Shown: one piece after another, positions 17,773-28,300 of the stretch
Layout: every line of letters starts with the position of its first letter
Numbering within the stretch: the stretch's first letter is position 1
Assembly (NCBI GenBank): GCA_023205875.1
Contig: CP060759.1
Location: 1-64,000 of the forward strand
Length of the DNA: 64,000 bases
Direction of reading: 5' to 3'
Origin: Chloropicon primus
Taxonomy: Eukaryota
Translations under genes and position numbers: made by a program
Notes under the pieces: model-generated
Database searches by the model: none
The model's input: only the letters and a program-made list of their open reading frames with translations
What the model was told of the DNA's origin: nothing

Positions 17773-20604
17773 ATGTTGGCAAAGTCGGTGATGGATAAGA
17801 CCAGACTCGTGGTCCTCACTTTTCTTTTTCTTCTGGCCGGGTGTCAAGGTGAGTGCTTTGCCCCAAACCAAACATCTTTTTCCGTCTCTTCTTCTTCGTG
17901 CGTGGGAAGGATACGACCTACCCTACCGGGAAAAAGGTTCGAGCACGCTGACCTTGCTTGCCTTGCGCTTGCTTGTCCTCAGGACTGGAGGGGTTCCGCG
18001 GGGGAGAGGCGCAACATACACCGGCGGCCACAGACACCGAGCAGAGGGCGAGGGATGAAATCAACGTAAGTCGTACAACGAGGACAGGACGACCTGTCGA
18101 TGACGATGACGAGGACGAGGACGAGGACGATGATGGTGGTGACTTTCAAGGCGTGGGAACTGACCCGTGAGTTTTGATTTTTCATCGTTTATCCTTTATC
18201 CCTGAACACGCTGCAGAAACTGAAGCTCGGCGTGATTAACCGAGAGAATTTGGTGTACCCTTCGACCCTGGAGAAGTCCAGCAGCGTGCTCTCGGGCGGG
18301 AGGCACTACTTCGACCTGAAGCCGTCCTTGTGCACCGATGCTTTGATCGAGAGGATCAAGGACGAGGAGGGGGAGGACCCGTACGAGCAGCTGTATGTGA
18401 TGTTCGAGATGTGGGACCTCGGGATGCAGAAAGGCGACGCCTTGCTCTCCATGTCCACTGAAGGGAAGCCTTACTCCACGTTCGACACGGAGAGTGGGAA
18501 CTGGACGGAAAACGCTGGAACAATCTCAGACTTCCCGAGCCACAACTTGTTCCTCCGGTACCACAAGCTCACCGTGCCGGTGGACATTGTGGAAGTCGCC
18601 CAGTGCATCAGAAGCAGAACGAGCGCAAAGTGCGACAAAGTTCTTTGGCATGCCGCGATCTACAACGTGGAGTTCTGGACGAAACAGACCCTGCTGTACC
18701 ACGTGAAGGCCACCTGCACGTACAGGGGGAAGATGCCTTGCGAGAAGACCCTTGGACCTCAGGCCGAGGAATGCAGCGGCAGGGGGACATGCGTCAAGCC
18801 GGGGCAGACAGTCGTCTACGACGCGAACCTGCAGCTGGTGAACGGGTCTTCCACCTCCTCCGCGTACTCCTCGGACACGTCGCTGCTGCAGCCCGACCTC
18901 TCGAAGACCACGGACTTCCACAACTCGTACAACCAGACCTTGTGCCAGTGCAACGCTTTTCATGGGAACACTGGGTGCCAGACCACCGTGTTTGAGCTCA
19001 AGGAAGGGAACTGGATCTATGAGGTTGGCCTCCAGGTGGACAAGTGGAGGTATTACAGGTACATGTCGAAGAATGCCAAGTCCAAAGACATGAGGAGGTA
19101 CGTTCGGATTGAGTTGAAGCGGTCCCAGGGGGACACGATCCTGTTCGCCAAGAACATCTTGGACGGCAGCATCATCAACGGGCTGCCTCACCTGCAAGAC
19201 TACCAGACGATGAGCGACAAGGACAGCTTCAGGAACAGGAAGGATTACCATTACATCATCCTGGAAGACGTGGACGACAAGTACGACAACCAGATTTACT
19301 ACATAGGGGTCCTGAATAACAACGCCCAGATCAAGATGGACGCCAAGTACCACATCAGGGTCCAGGAGATCCTCTTGCCCAGGACGAGCGAGCAAGGAGT
19401 GTGCGGCGACGACTGCGGGGGCGCCAAGAATGGGGAGTGCCAGAGGAACTTGGGGGCGGGGGGCGACAAGTGCGTCTGCAAGGAGGATTACGCGGGGCCC
19501 CTGTGCGAGGGCTTCCTCGAGAAGCTCGCCCCGCAGCAGACGTACAGCGGCATGCTCTCTGCTGGGGAGATCCACTACTACCAGATGGACATCGCGAGCG
19601 ACAAGAACATGAAGCACTACTCGATGTCTGATGGGTTTCTTGGGCCCATCAAGTGGGACCTCGTCATCGAGTTCCACAAGGATGGTGGCCAGGTTGTTGT
19701 GATGGGCAACTACGACCAGACGCCGAGCATCCACACCAACGATTTTGTGTACACCTTCGGTGCGATGGACGAGAAGAACAGCACGACCCAGAACACGATG
19801 CTGACGAGACCCGAGATGGAGAAGGGCAAGTACTACATCGCGGTCTTCAACCACAACTACCAGAACGTTGCCACGACGTGCACTTACAGCATCAGGGTGA
19901 GTTTGGTGAGCAACGTGAACTTGATTTACGGGCCCTACATCCCTGTCGTCCTGGGCGTCCTCGTGGCCATGTTCCTCCTGTTGCTCACGGGAGTGTGCTG
20001 GAAGTTCGCCCTCAGGCACACGTCGATCGGAAGAATCTTGTTCAACAACAGCACGGCGAACACGAGGGCATTCTCCATGGACGCCTTCGGCAACCCCAGA
20101 AACGGAAACGGGGTCGTGGATCTCAGCAGGAACGACAGGAGGGGCCTGAGCAAGGAGGCCATCAACCAGCTGCCGGAGATCAAGTACACCTTGCCCGTTG
20201 GGGACGAGGAGAACAACGAGCCGGTGTGCTCCATCTGCCTCTGTGAGTTTGAGAAGGACGACACTCTGAAGAGGATTCCGGCTTGCAACCACGAGTTCCA
20301 CAAGTCTTGCATCGAGCAGTGGCTCTATCAGCACACCAGCTGCCCCATGTGCAGGGTGGAGATTCAAGCGGAGCCCATGGAGCAGAGGCCTATTCCCCAC
20401 TCCCCCTCCCGCAGCTCCCCTGAGCTGGAGGAGGAGGAAAACGGGGAGGAGGAGGAAAACGGAGTGCCACCCACCGCCAACGTCACCAGCAACAATCTTT
20501 CCGGCGGCAACGGGGGTGTCCAGGCCGCCGTGGAGCTCCAGCCCATTCAGTCCCGCACCTCTTACAGGCTGGTGTTCCCCTCCCCCTCCCCCTCCAATGT
20601 ATGA
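17773..20604 (+). CDS. Type I membrane RING-H2 E3 ubiquitin ligase with an EGF-like ectodomain; introns 17849-17982 and 18066-18216
   Basis: Signal peptide; EGF-like CSGRGTC...CQC and CVCKEDYAGPLC; TM VVLGVLVAMFLLLL; GLSKEAI; CSICLCEF...CNHEFHKSCIEQWL...CPMC; both introns keep the frame. Confidence 0.85.
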
Positions 20605-20995
20605 TTTCTTGCGGTTGGGAATGCATTCTCCCACGAACGTGCGCGCGCGTTTGTGTCGGTCGGTGCCAAACCCCCTCCTTGGACGCGCCTGGTAGACGGT
20701 AGAGCTCTTCTCTCGATCGATCGCGTTTCGGGCGGGTCGCCTTGTACTTGTAATACTTACCTCGTATTTTTTTGTACCTCGTTGTCCCCGTTTTGTTCCT
20801 CCTCCTCCTCGGTCCCTGGTTCCATTGCCATGGTCTCATGACAAGAGTCCCCTCTCCAAGGTCCTCGTCCCTGTCCCTCCAGGTTTTCCCGCCAAAGGGA
20901 GGGAGTCGAGGGTCGTGGGGTCGCAAGGTGTGGCGCCGTCCTGTCGCTGTCGCCGTCGCTGTCCTGTCCTGGGGGGAAGAAAGGGAAGGGCAGGG

Positions 20996-23161
20996 ATGTG
21001 GCGGGCGACGGCACACCCTCTCCGCCCCTCGAGGGGAAACCTGGGGCACGAAGAAAAGAAGCAGCGACGAGCCAAGAATGGGAAACGCCAACGCCAACGC
21101 CAACGCCACGAGGGGGAAGAAGAAACAAAGAAGAAACAAGTCACCCAGCAACTCTTGGGAGACTGGCCGAGCAAGGAGGCGAGGAGCGAGTTCAAGAAGA
21201 TCATGCAGAGCGTGAGGGCCAAGCCCACCAAGGACGTCCTGACGAAGAGGCTCGTGGACTTCGCGGACAACCACACGTTCGAGGGCGGGGAGGACCAGGA
21301 CGCGTCGTGTTGCCTTGACGTTATCTGCGGGACGCTGCTCGAGCAGTTGAGGTCGACCAACCCCAAGGTGAGGCTCCACTTCCTCTATGGGCTGTCATCG
21401 TTGGTGAGGCACACGCGAGGCCGGAGGCACTTCGCGGACAACCTGGAGAGGGAGCTCGTGGACAAGGGGGTGTTCAGGCGGATTTTGGGAACCCAAAACG
21501 GGAAGGAGGTGACAGCGATGAGGGGGGAGGAGCTCCGCTACGCGGCTCGCTTGTGCAGCGTGTGGAAGAGGGACAGCGCCTTCTCCGATGAGGGCGCGCA
21601 GAAGATGCTGGAGGAGTGCGAGGCCGTGGAGGAGGAGACCAGGTGCAAGCTGGAGTACGAGGAGAGGAAGTGTTACTTATTGGAGGGCGCGGCTCACCAG
21701 GAACCAGACGGGAAGGACAGGAAAGGGCTGCTCAAGGTGGACGACCGGGAGCTGGAAGTGATCTCCAAGTACTACCAGGACTTGTCCGGGAAGAGGAGGA
21801 GGATCGAAGGGCTTTACGCTTCGACGTCCGACGGTGTCCACGCCTCGGGGGAAGGGAAAGGGTGCTTGGACCGCCTCAGCCACTTCATCGAGTGGGGTCA
21901 AGGAGGAGGCGACTGCGGCGCTTTCAAGCCGCTGGGTTATTACGGGGCAAAGGGGCGGGACGCTCTGGAAGCTCCAAGGCCTGATCCTAGCTTCTGGCGG
22001 GAGCTGGTGAAGGAAGGGGGAGACTTGGCTTCAGACTGGCCAGTGGAGGACGAGCGGAGGCTGAAGCGCTCCATTTCAGTGTTCGTGAGGGTGCAGCTTT
22101 CGAACCCATACCCCTCGGAGCTGCACGAGTGCGAGGTGAAGAGACTGGAGTGGAACTTGCTTCACAAGCTTCACGAGCTGACCTTGGTTCCGGTCACTTT
22201 TGATGTGCCAAAGGGTGAAGAGTACGAGTTCGCCAGACGGCGCAGAGGGACGGAAGGCTGGTCTTACAGCTTTTGCGCTCAACTGACTGCGAGGACGCCA
22301 AGGGAGCTCAGCAGGATCAAAAGTATATGCGCAAGGGAGTTCGCCATGGGCAAGGACATCACGATTGTTCGGAGTGAGTTTGAGGAGTCAAGGTTCTCCT
22401 GCTGCGTTTGCAATGGGAAGTATGCCCATCGGGGCGACGCCCTCGTGAAGGCCTCGAAGGCGGATTCGCCCCAGTCCCTGAAGCTTCAGTACATGCTTGA
22501 GAAAGAGGCTGCGGAGCATCTCCAGGGGGACGGATGGACGGGACCACCGAGGATACCTCATTGCCGCGCTGGCTGGGAGGAACCAAGGAGGTACGGCAAG
22601 AACAAGGTGGGTGGGAATCGGCACGATAAATGGGGGAAATTGTGGAAGGACCTGGCTGGAGAAAAGCCAAAACCCAGAGCCGAGCAGGGCGTTTCGCACA
22701 GACCCCAACCGCCGTGTGATGCAGCGATGAAGAGCATGATCTCCAACGCGCCTCAAGGGGCCGTGATTAGGGTCTTTAACGTGGACTTCGACGCGGAAGA
22801 AAGGGATATCAGGGCCTTCTTCAAAGACTTTGAGGTGGTTGGGGTGGTTGTCATGAGGCGGCCTCCCGGTGCGAAAGGGCCTGGACAATGTAACGGGACG
22901 GTATTTGTCGAGCTCTCCAGCTCACAAGAGGCAATGAAGGCAAGGGAGAACCGGCGAGACCAACCGATGATGAAGATGTACCCCGTATGCCGCATTGTCA
23001 GAGATCGCGATGATCCCTATCATCTGCGGGAGCGTCGCCAGAATGCGCTAGTAAAAGCAAACAAGCTCAGCAAGCCTTGGAAAGATCGGGAGCGTCGCCA
23101 GAATGCGCCAAATCCAAACAAGCCCAACAAGCCTTGGAAGAGGAGACAGGAGAGGAAATAA
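20996..23161 (+). CDS. Putative RNA-binding protein: N-terminal CID/VHS-like helical region, C-terminal RRM
   Basis: RLHFLYGLSSLVR (CID-like); IRVFNVDFDAEERDIRAFF...GTVFVEL (RRM); duplicated RERRQNA...KPWK tail. Confidence 0.65.
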   Translation: MWRATAHPLRPSRGNLGHEEKKQRRAKNGKRQRQRQRHEGEEETKKKQVTQQLLGDWPSKEARSEFKKIMQSVRAKPTKDVLTKRLVDFADNHTFEGGEDQDASCCLDVICGTLLEQLRSTNPKVRLHFLYGLSSLVRHTRGRRHFADNLERELVDKGVFRRILGTQNGKEVTAMRGEELRYAARLCSVWKRDSAFSDEGAQKMLEECEAVEEETRCKLEYEERKCYLLEGAAHQEPDGKDRKGLLKVDDRELEVISKYYQDLSGKRRRIEGLYASTSDGVHASGEGKGCLDRLSHFIEWGQGGGDCGAFKPLGYYGAKGRDALEAPRPDPSFWRELVKEGGDLASDWPVEDERRLKRSISVFVRVQLSNPYPSELHECEVKRLEWNLLHKLHELTLVPVTFDVPKGEEYEFARRRRGTEGWSYSFCAQLTARTPRELSRIKSICAREFAMGKDITIVRSEFEESRFSCCVCNGKYAHRGDALVKASKADSPQSLKLQYMLEKEAAEHLQGDGWTGPPRIPHCRAGWEEPRRYGKNKVGGNRHDKWGKLWKDLAGEKPKPRAEQGVSHRPQPPCDAAMKSMISNAPQGAVIRVFNVDFDAEERDIRAFFKDFEVVGVVVMRRPPGAKGPGQCNGTVFVELSSSQEAMKARENRRDQPMMKMYPVCRIVRDRDDPYHLRERRQNALVKANKLSKPWKDRERRQNAPNPNKPNKPWKRRQERK

Positions 23162-23264
23162 TTCTTGTGTGTCTTGTGTATATAGAATAAAATCGTTGGT
23201 TTCTCCTCCTTGCCGAAGACCGCAGAGCGGGATTTCTTGCTTGCCCCCCTCCTGCGCGGGCGGA

Positions 23265-24602
23265 TCACGACCTGTCCTGCAGTTTCGCCTCGAGTTTGGC
23301 GTGCCTCACACTCCACTCGCGAATGATGGCTCGAAGCCTCGCGTTCTCGGCAACGTGCTGCTGGTTCGTGCTCAGCAGCTGCTGGTTTTCCGTGTCCAGG
23401 TCCATGAGTCTTTTCTTGCCCTCCCTCACTTCCTTCTGCAGCGTGTCCCTCTCGCCGTTCAGGGACCTTATCTCTCTGTCCCTTGCAGCGACGATGTGGT
23501 CCAAGTCGCTGGAATGCTGGCCCGAAGTCATTTCTGGGCTCAAGCCTCCTCTCGCCGGGTTTGCTGCCCCTGCCCCAGCCCCCCTTACTCCCGCGCCGCC
23601 ACTGCCACCACCCTGGTCAAGCCTGGCCTGGAGCTTGAGCACCTGCTTGCTCAGCTGAGTCGTCCTCAGTTGCAGGAACCTGATCAGCTCGGCCTGCTCG
23701 TCGGTCACGCTGTCCAGCCCCATCCCGTGGTCTATGGCGTACAGCAGCGGGGTGTCCTCGGATCCCATCTCTTGCAGGGCAGTCAACGCGTCCGGTGGAG
23801 GCTTTCTTTTGTTGTGCCTCACGAGAATCCGAGCGTAGTGTACGAAAATGATGAGGAGGAGGACCTCTTCCAAACCCAAGATGCACTTGATGGCGTCGTT
23901 CAGGCAGAACTTGGGGGACTCTATCCACACCCCCAAAGCCAGCAAGGTGCACTCTCCGAGGATGACCACGAGCGGGGGTATGAGGACGAAGGGCTTCAGC
24001 CTGGAGTGGAGCCTTATGTAACCCTGCCTCTTTTGGATCTTGTGCCCCCTTCTCATGGCTTTCGACAGCACGAGCGAGAGGACCACGAAGAAGGTGTGTA
24101 TGCTCGCATCCAGCTTTGATTTGAAGTCCAACGTTTCCCCCTCATGCCTGTCCGTGCTGTACCCGAAGGGATTGGCGAAGATGTACACGCAGAACAGCGA
24201 AAGGAGCGCCAAGTACGCACCGAAGTAGAGGTGCGTCCTCAGGGGATAGAACTTGGCTATCCCAGCGAAGAGGTCCTCGCCCCTAATGTCCCTCGAGGAC
24301 GAGGTCATCGGGCTGCCCTGGTACTGGTACATCGCTAAACAGAAGGAGAGGAGAGGAAACTTCCGTGTCAGTCGTTGTCGACGAAGCGGTTTCGTGTGTT
24401 GCGCGCGTGCGTGTTGCGTGTGGCGAGGCCCCTGCCCTGGGCCCAGGACTCACCTGGCGAGGCTCCCTCGAAAAAGTTGAGTCGTGCAGTGGGTTCGCTC
24501 CCACCTTTCGCTTGCTCGTTTCGTGTCGTTGCTCCCAAGGCCCTCCTCCCTATCCTGCGCCTGTCCTCGGCTAGTTCATCGTCGTATGGACTGAGCACTT
24601 TC
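23265..24602 (-). CDS. TMEM192/FIP1-family membrane coiled-coil protein; intron 24335-24453; 5' end not resolved
   Basis: 4 TM helices, PPPDAL, EQAELIRFLQ, ENARLRAIIREWS...KLE; the upstream exon joins in frame. Confidence 0.7.
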
Positions 24603-24919
24603 CTTGGAGAGAGAGAGAAACCACGCGTATCCACAGAGTCTTCCGTCCTGCGTTTCGTCCTCTTGCTCCTAATTCTGTCCCCCTCGCTTTGCGTTATGTC
24701 GCGTTATGTCGTGTTATGTCGTGTTGTGTGGTCCCCCCGCCGAGCAGTCCATTCCCCCTCTCCCCTCGTCCTCGTCCTCGTCCTCCCTCTCTCTGTCGTT
24801 CTCGTTCTCTCGTTCTCGAGCGCGCGATCGCGATCGATTCAAAGGCGGGACCACCTTTGGCGGTTACGGAACAAGGAGAACCATCACGCAACAACACCAA
24901 CACCAACACCAACACCAAC

Positions 24920-25326
24920 ATGGGGAAGGGAAAACAAGGTAGGGCCACAACAACACACACACACACACACAACACAACACAACGACAACATGACATGACA
25001 CTGTCTAACCAAAACACCACGCCGCTCTCTCACCGCTCTTCTTTCCTCTTCTGTCTTCTCTGTTTTTTGTTCTTCGGGTGGGTAGAGGACTCGTGCTGCT
25101 ACAGGGTGTGTTGCTTTCCGTGCTACTGTCTCGGAGGGGCGGTGGACGTCTTGTGCGACTTCTTCAAGCTCGTCCTGTGCTGCCCCTGCAGGTGCATCTG
25201 CGGTGAGTTCGCTCTCGAGGGCGTCTCCTGGATTCTTCGCTTGCTCACTCACTTCTCTCTCTCTCTCTCTCTCCAACAAACCAAAACCCTAAAGGATGCC
25301 CGGAGCTAGCAGCGGAGCGAAGCTAA
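24920..25326 (+). CDS. Spliced 55-aa cysteine-rich microprotein (exons 24920-24938, 25086-25202, 25295-25326)
   Basis: Two GT-AG introns give MGKGKQEDSCCYRVCCFPCYCLGGAVDVLCDFFKLVLCCPCRCICGCPELAAERS*. Confidence 0.65.
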
Positions 25327-25398
25327 AACCAAGCCAAGGACACACTCCAACGTGGTTTGGTTTTGTTTTGTTTTGTTTTGTTACAGATGTTTTATGTA

Positions 25399-28300
25399 CT
25401 AGGTGGTTTCCTTGCTGCACTCGAACAGGGCCTCGAGGTCCCTCACGTCCATGACCAGCGCCCTCGCCTCCGCGTTGGCGACCCCGTAGCCGATGACCAC
25501 CTTGCCCTGCTCGGGCAGAACCAGCAGGCTGCTGGCAAAGGCTCTGGTGCTTCCCTGCAGGGGCAGGGGCTTGCTCACGCCCAGCACCTTGAACGGAGGC
25601 TTCGCCTCGAACTTGTATGCCAGCGATGTGTACACCCTCTCCTTCCTGGTGAGATAGTGAAGGAGGGCGAGGTAGTAATCGTCCCCGTCGGGATTCGACA
25701 CGAGCGTGGCCGACCCACTGCCGTGGATGTCGGCTTCGGCGGCCAAGGAGGCCTGGAAGAGCGGGAGGTAGTCCGCCGTGGACCACTTCTCCACGCAGGC
25801 GCCGTCCTCCTTCCTCACCTGAAGAACCTTGTGCGGGTAGACCGAGTACACGTAAAGCAGCTGGTCGCCGTACTGGAAACCGATCCAATTCTTCTCGTCC
25901 CTCGTCTCGGACCCGCACTTGAGCCTCACGGCGTGGGGCAGGGTGCCGGACTCAACTGCCGTGGGGTCGTAGGGGGAAGACAGGAACATCTGCTGCACGC
26001 CGTACCTCGTCTGGTGGCACTGGGCGGTGATCGCCAGATTCGGGGGGAGGAGAGAATTGAAGGTCAAGAAGGTGGCCGCGCCCAGAGACAGCAGCTTTGG
26101 GTCCTCTGGACCTGTTACGACTTTCCTGATCAGAGTGTTGTTGCTTGGAATGTACACGGGTTCGGGCTCGCACAACGGACCAAACCTCGGGTCGTGGAGT
26201 GACCCCCAACGCGATCGGTGAGGCTCCGTGACGTTGGAGACGAGAGCCAGGTCCTCGACCTTGAAGTCACTCAAGTTCCATGAGCCGGCATCCCACCCTA
26301 GCCAAGAGCCGGCATCCATCGCATTGTGCCCAACAACGAGGGAGGAGTACCACCTCGTGACGATCTCAGTGACACTTTTGCCTTCCCACTGCACGTTCTT
26401 CCTCTTCTCCTCCGTTATGCCGTGGAGGCGCGCCACCAGGACCAGCTTTCCCTTCACGACAGCCAGGCTTGGGTTGATCACAGCCAAGCCCCCATCTCCG
26501 CCTGGGGGGTACCGCTGGAAGTTGAGCCGCATGTCAACGGCAATGTACTTGCCTCTAGTCGTGTTCACGTGAACTGGGAGAGCGGGGTAGGACCCTTCGC
26601 CCGAGCTCCTTGGCTTGTACAGCTCTGATAGGGCGACCATGACCACCATCAGCAGTGCTGGCGAAATAACAGCAGAAGCCCTCGCCAGCATCCAAAGCCT
26701 CCTGGCATTCTCCTGTATTGCTTTGGCGCTGATGATAGCCACCGACGTCAGAAAGATGAAGAAGGAGGGGTCCCTTATGGTCTCCGTCGGCCACACCTCG
26801 TAGGCCACGAACTGTAAAACGTACTGGGGGTAACTGGAATCCCCCACAACCTTTGGGATGCTCTTGAAGGCCCTGGCAACCGGGTCGCCTTCGAAGGATA
26901 GCCCGAGCAGAACGAGACCTTGTAACGGCATCAAGATGGACAGTCTCGTAGAGATTTTGTGGGCGGGCGGCTGGATCTCTCCCACGTTCATGACGAGCAA
27001 GAGTCCTGCGTAACCGACCGAGGCGCAGCCGCACTGCACGGCCCGCCAAAGCAAAGGCAGTTTCTCCATCAGGTGTGACCTGTGGTCCTCCAGAATGAGA
27101 ATTCTGAGCCTGGAGAGGAGCATTCCGAAAGCGAAAACATGCCAGTAACACAGTGGGTTGAACTTGATGAACACGGTCCATATATCCACGGCGTTGTCCA
27201 CGGCTCCGGTCCGGTGCTCCTTGTACCACAAGAGAGGCTCGCCGATCAAAGGCGGCATCACCATGGAAGCGAGCCATGGGACCAACGCCAGCGCAAAGAG
27301 AGCGAGGAGCGTTTGCTTGAGCCTCATTTCCTTGACCACCGCGGTGTACAAAGGCTTGAATGAGACCCAGTAAGCCACCATACAGCTCAGGAACCAGCAG
27401 TGCACCTGAAGAGCCCTTTCGGTTGCCATTGGAATGAAACTCTGGAGCAACCAGGACTGAAGGACCAGAATCCAAGTCTGGGGCAGCGTCTTACTCTGGG
27501 CCACCCGTATCAGCGCTGCTATCAGCACCCCTACTGCGTACATGGGGAAGATGTTCGCCAGCCTCTTCCAGACGAAGGTGAGCGTGTCGTCAACTTTGGA
27601 TGGATCCCTTGAAGTGAGCCTTGCGTGAGTGAGAACAAAACCAGAGAGCATGAAAAACCAAGGTACCCACGAGAAGCCGTACTGGAACATGTGAATCGGG
27701 TTTTTGAGCGCGCCCTTGGCGTAGAGGTGGCCGACAACAATGTGGACGCTTGCAATGAACCTCGCAAATCCCAAAGCCCCCAAGTAATGGGTTGGCTTCT
27801 TCGCCTCTGCCGCGGAATCTGGGTTCTGAGCGGTGGTCCCCTCGAGCTTCGATGGTGGCTTGCGCATCATCCACTTTCTTCGCTTGAATTCCTTGCCAAA
27901 GAGGATGAGAATGGCAGCAACAGAGACCAAGCTGCAGAGCAGCCAGGCATCCCCCGCGCTTCCTTGCCACACCCTCCTCCTTGCCCCTGTACCGCGGGGG
28001 GGGTGGGACGTGTCCACGTGGATGTCAGGTCTGCAGGCCGCGTCGGAGGCGTTCCTCACCCTGGTGTCACTGCTGATCGCCCTCGCTCCCACGGAGCAGC
28101 TTCGCGAGTTAAGGCATTCCCAATCTTTGCACCCATCTGTGTTTTTTGCGCACATCTCTTTGTACAGTGGGCACTGACACTCAGAGCATTCTAGGTCCTC
28201 AAGGTTGCCAGCGGTGCAGCCCTTCGTGAAGGTGACCTGCTGGGGGCACCCCACGTCGTGCTCCTTGTACTCGCAGATCGAGTTCAGGAGGATCGTAACG

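Noticed and set aside
20752..20764. ATACTTACCT resembling the U1 snRNA 5' end
   Set aside because: No U1 stem-loops or Sm site follow.
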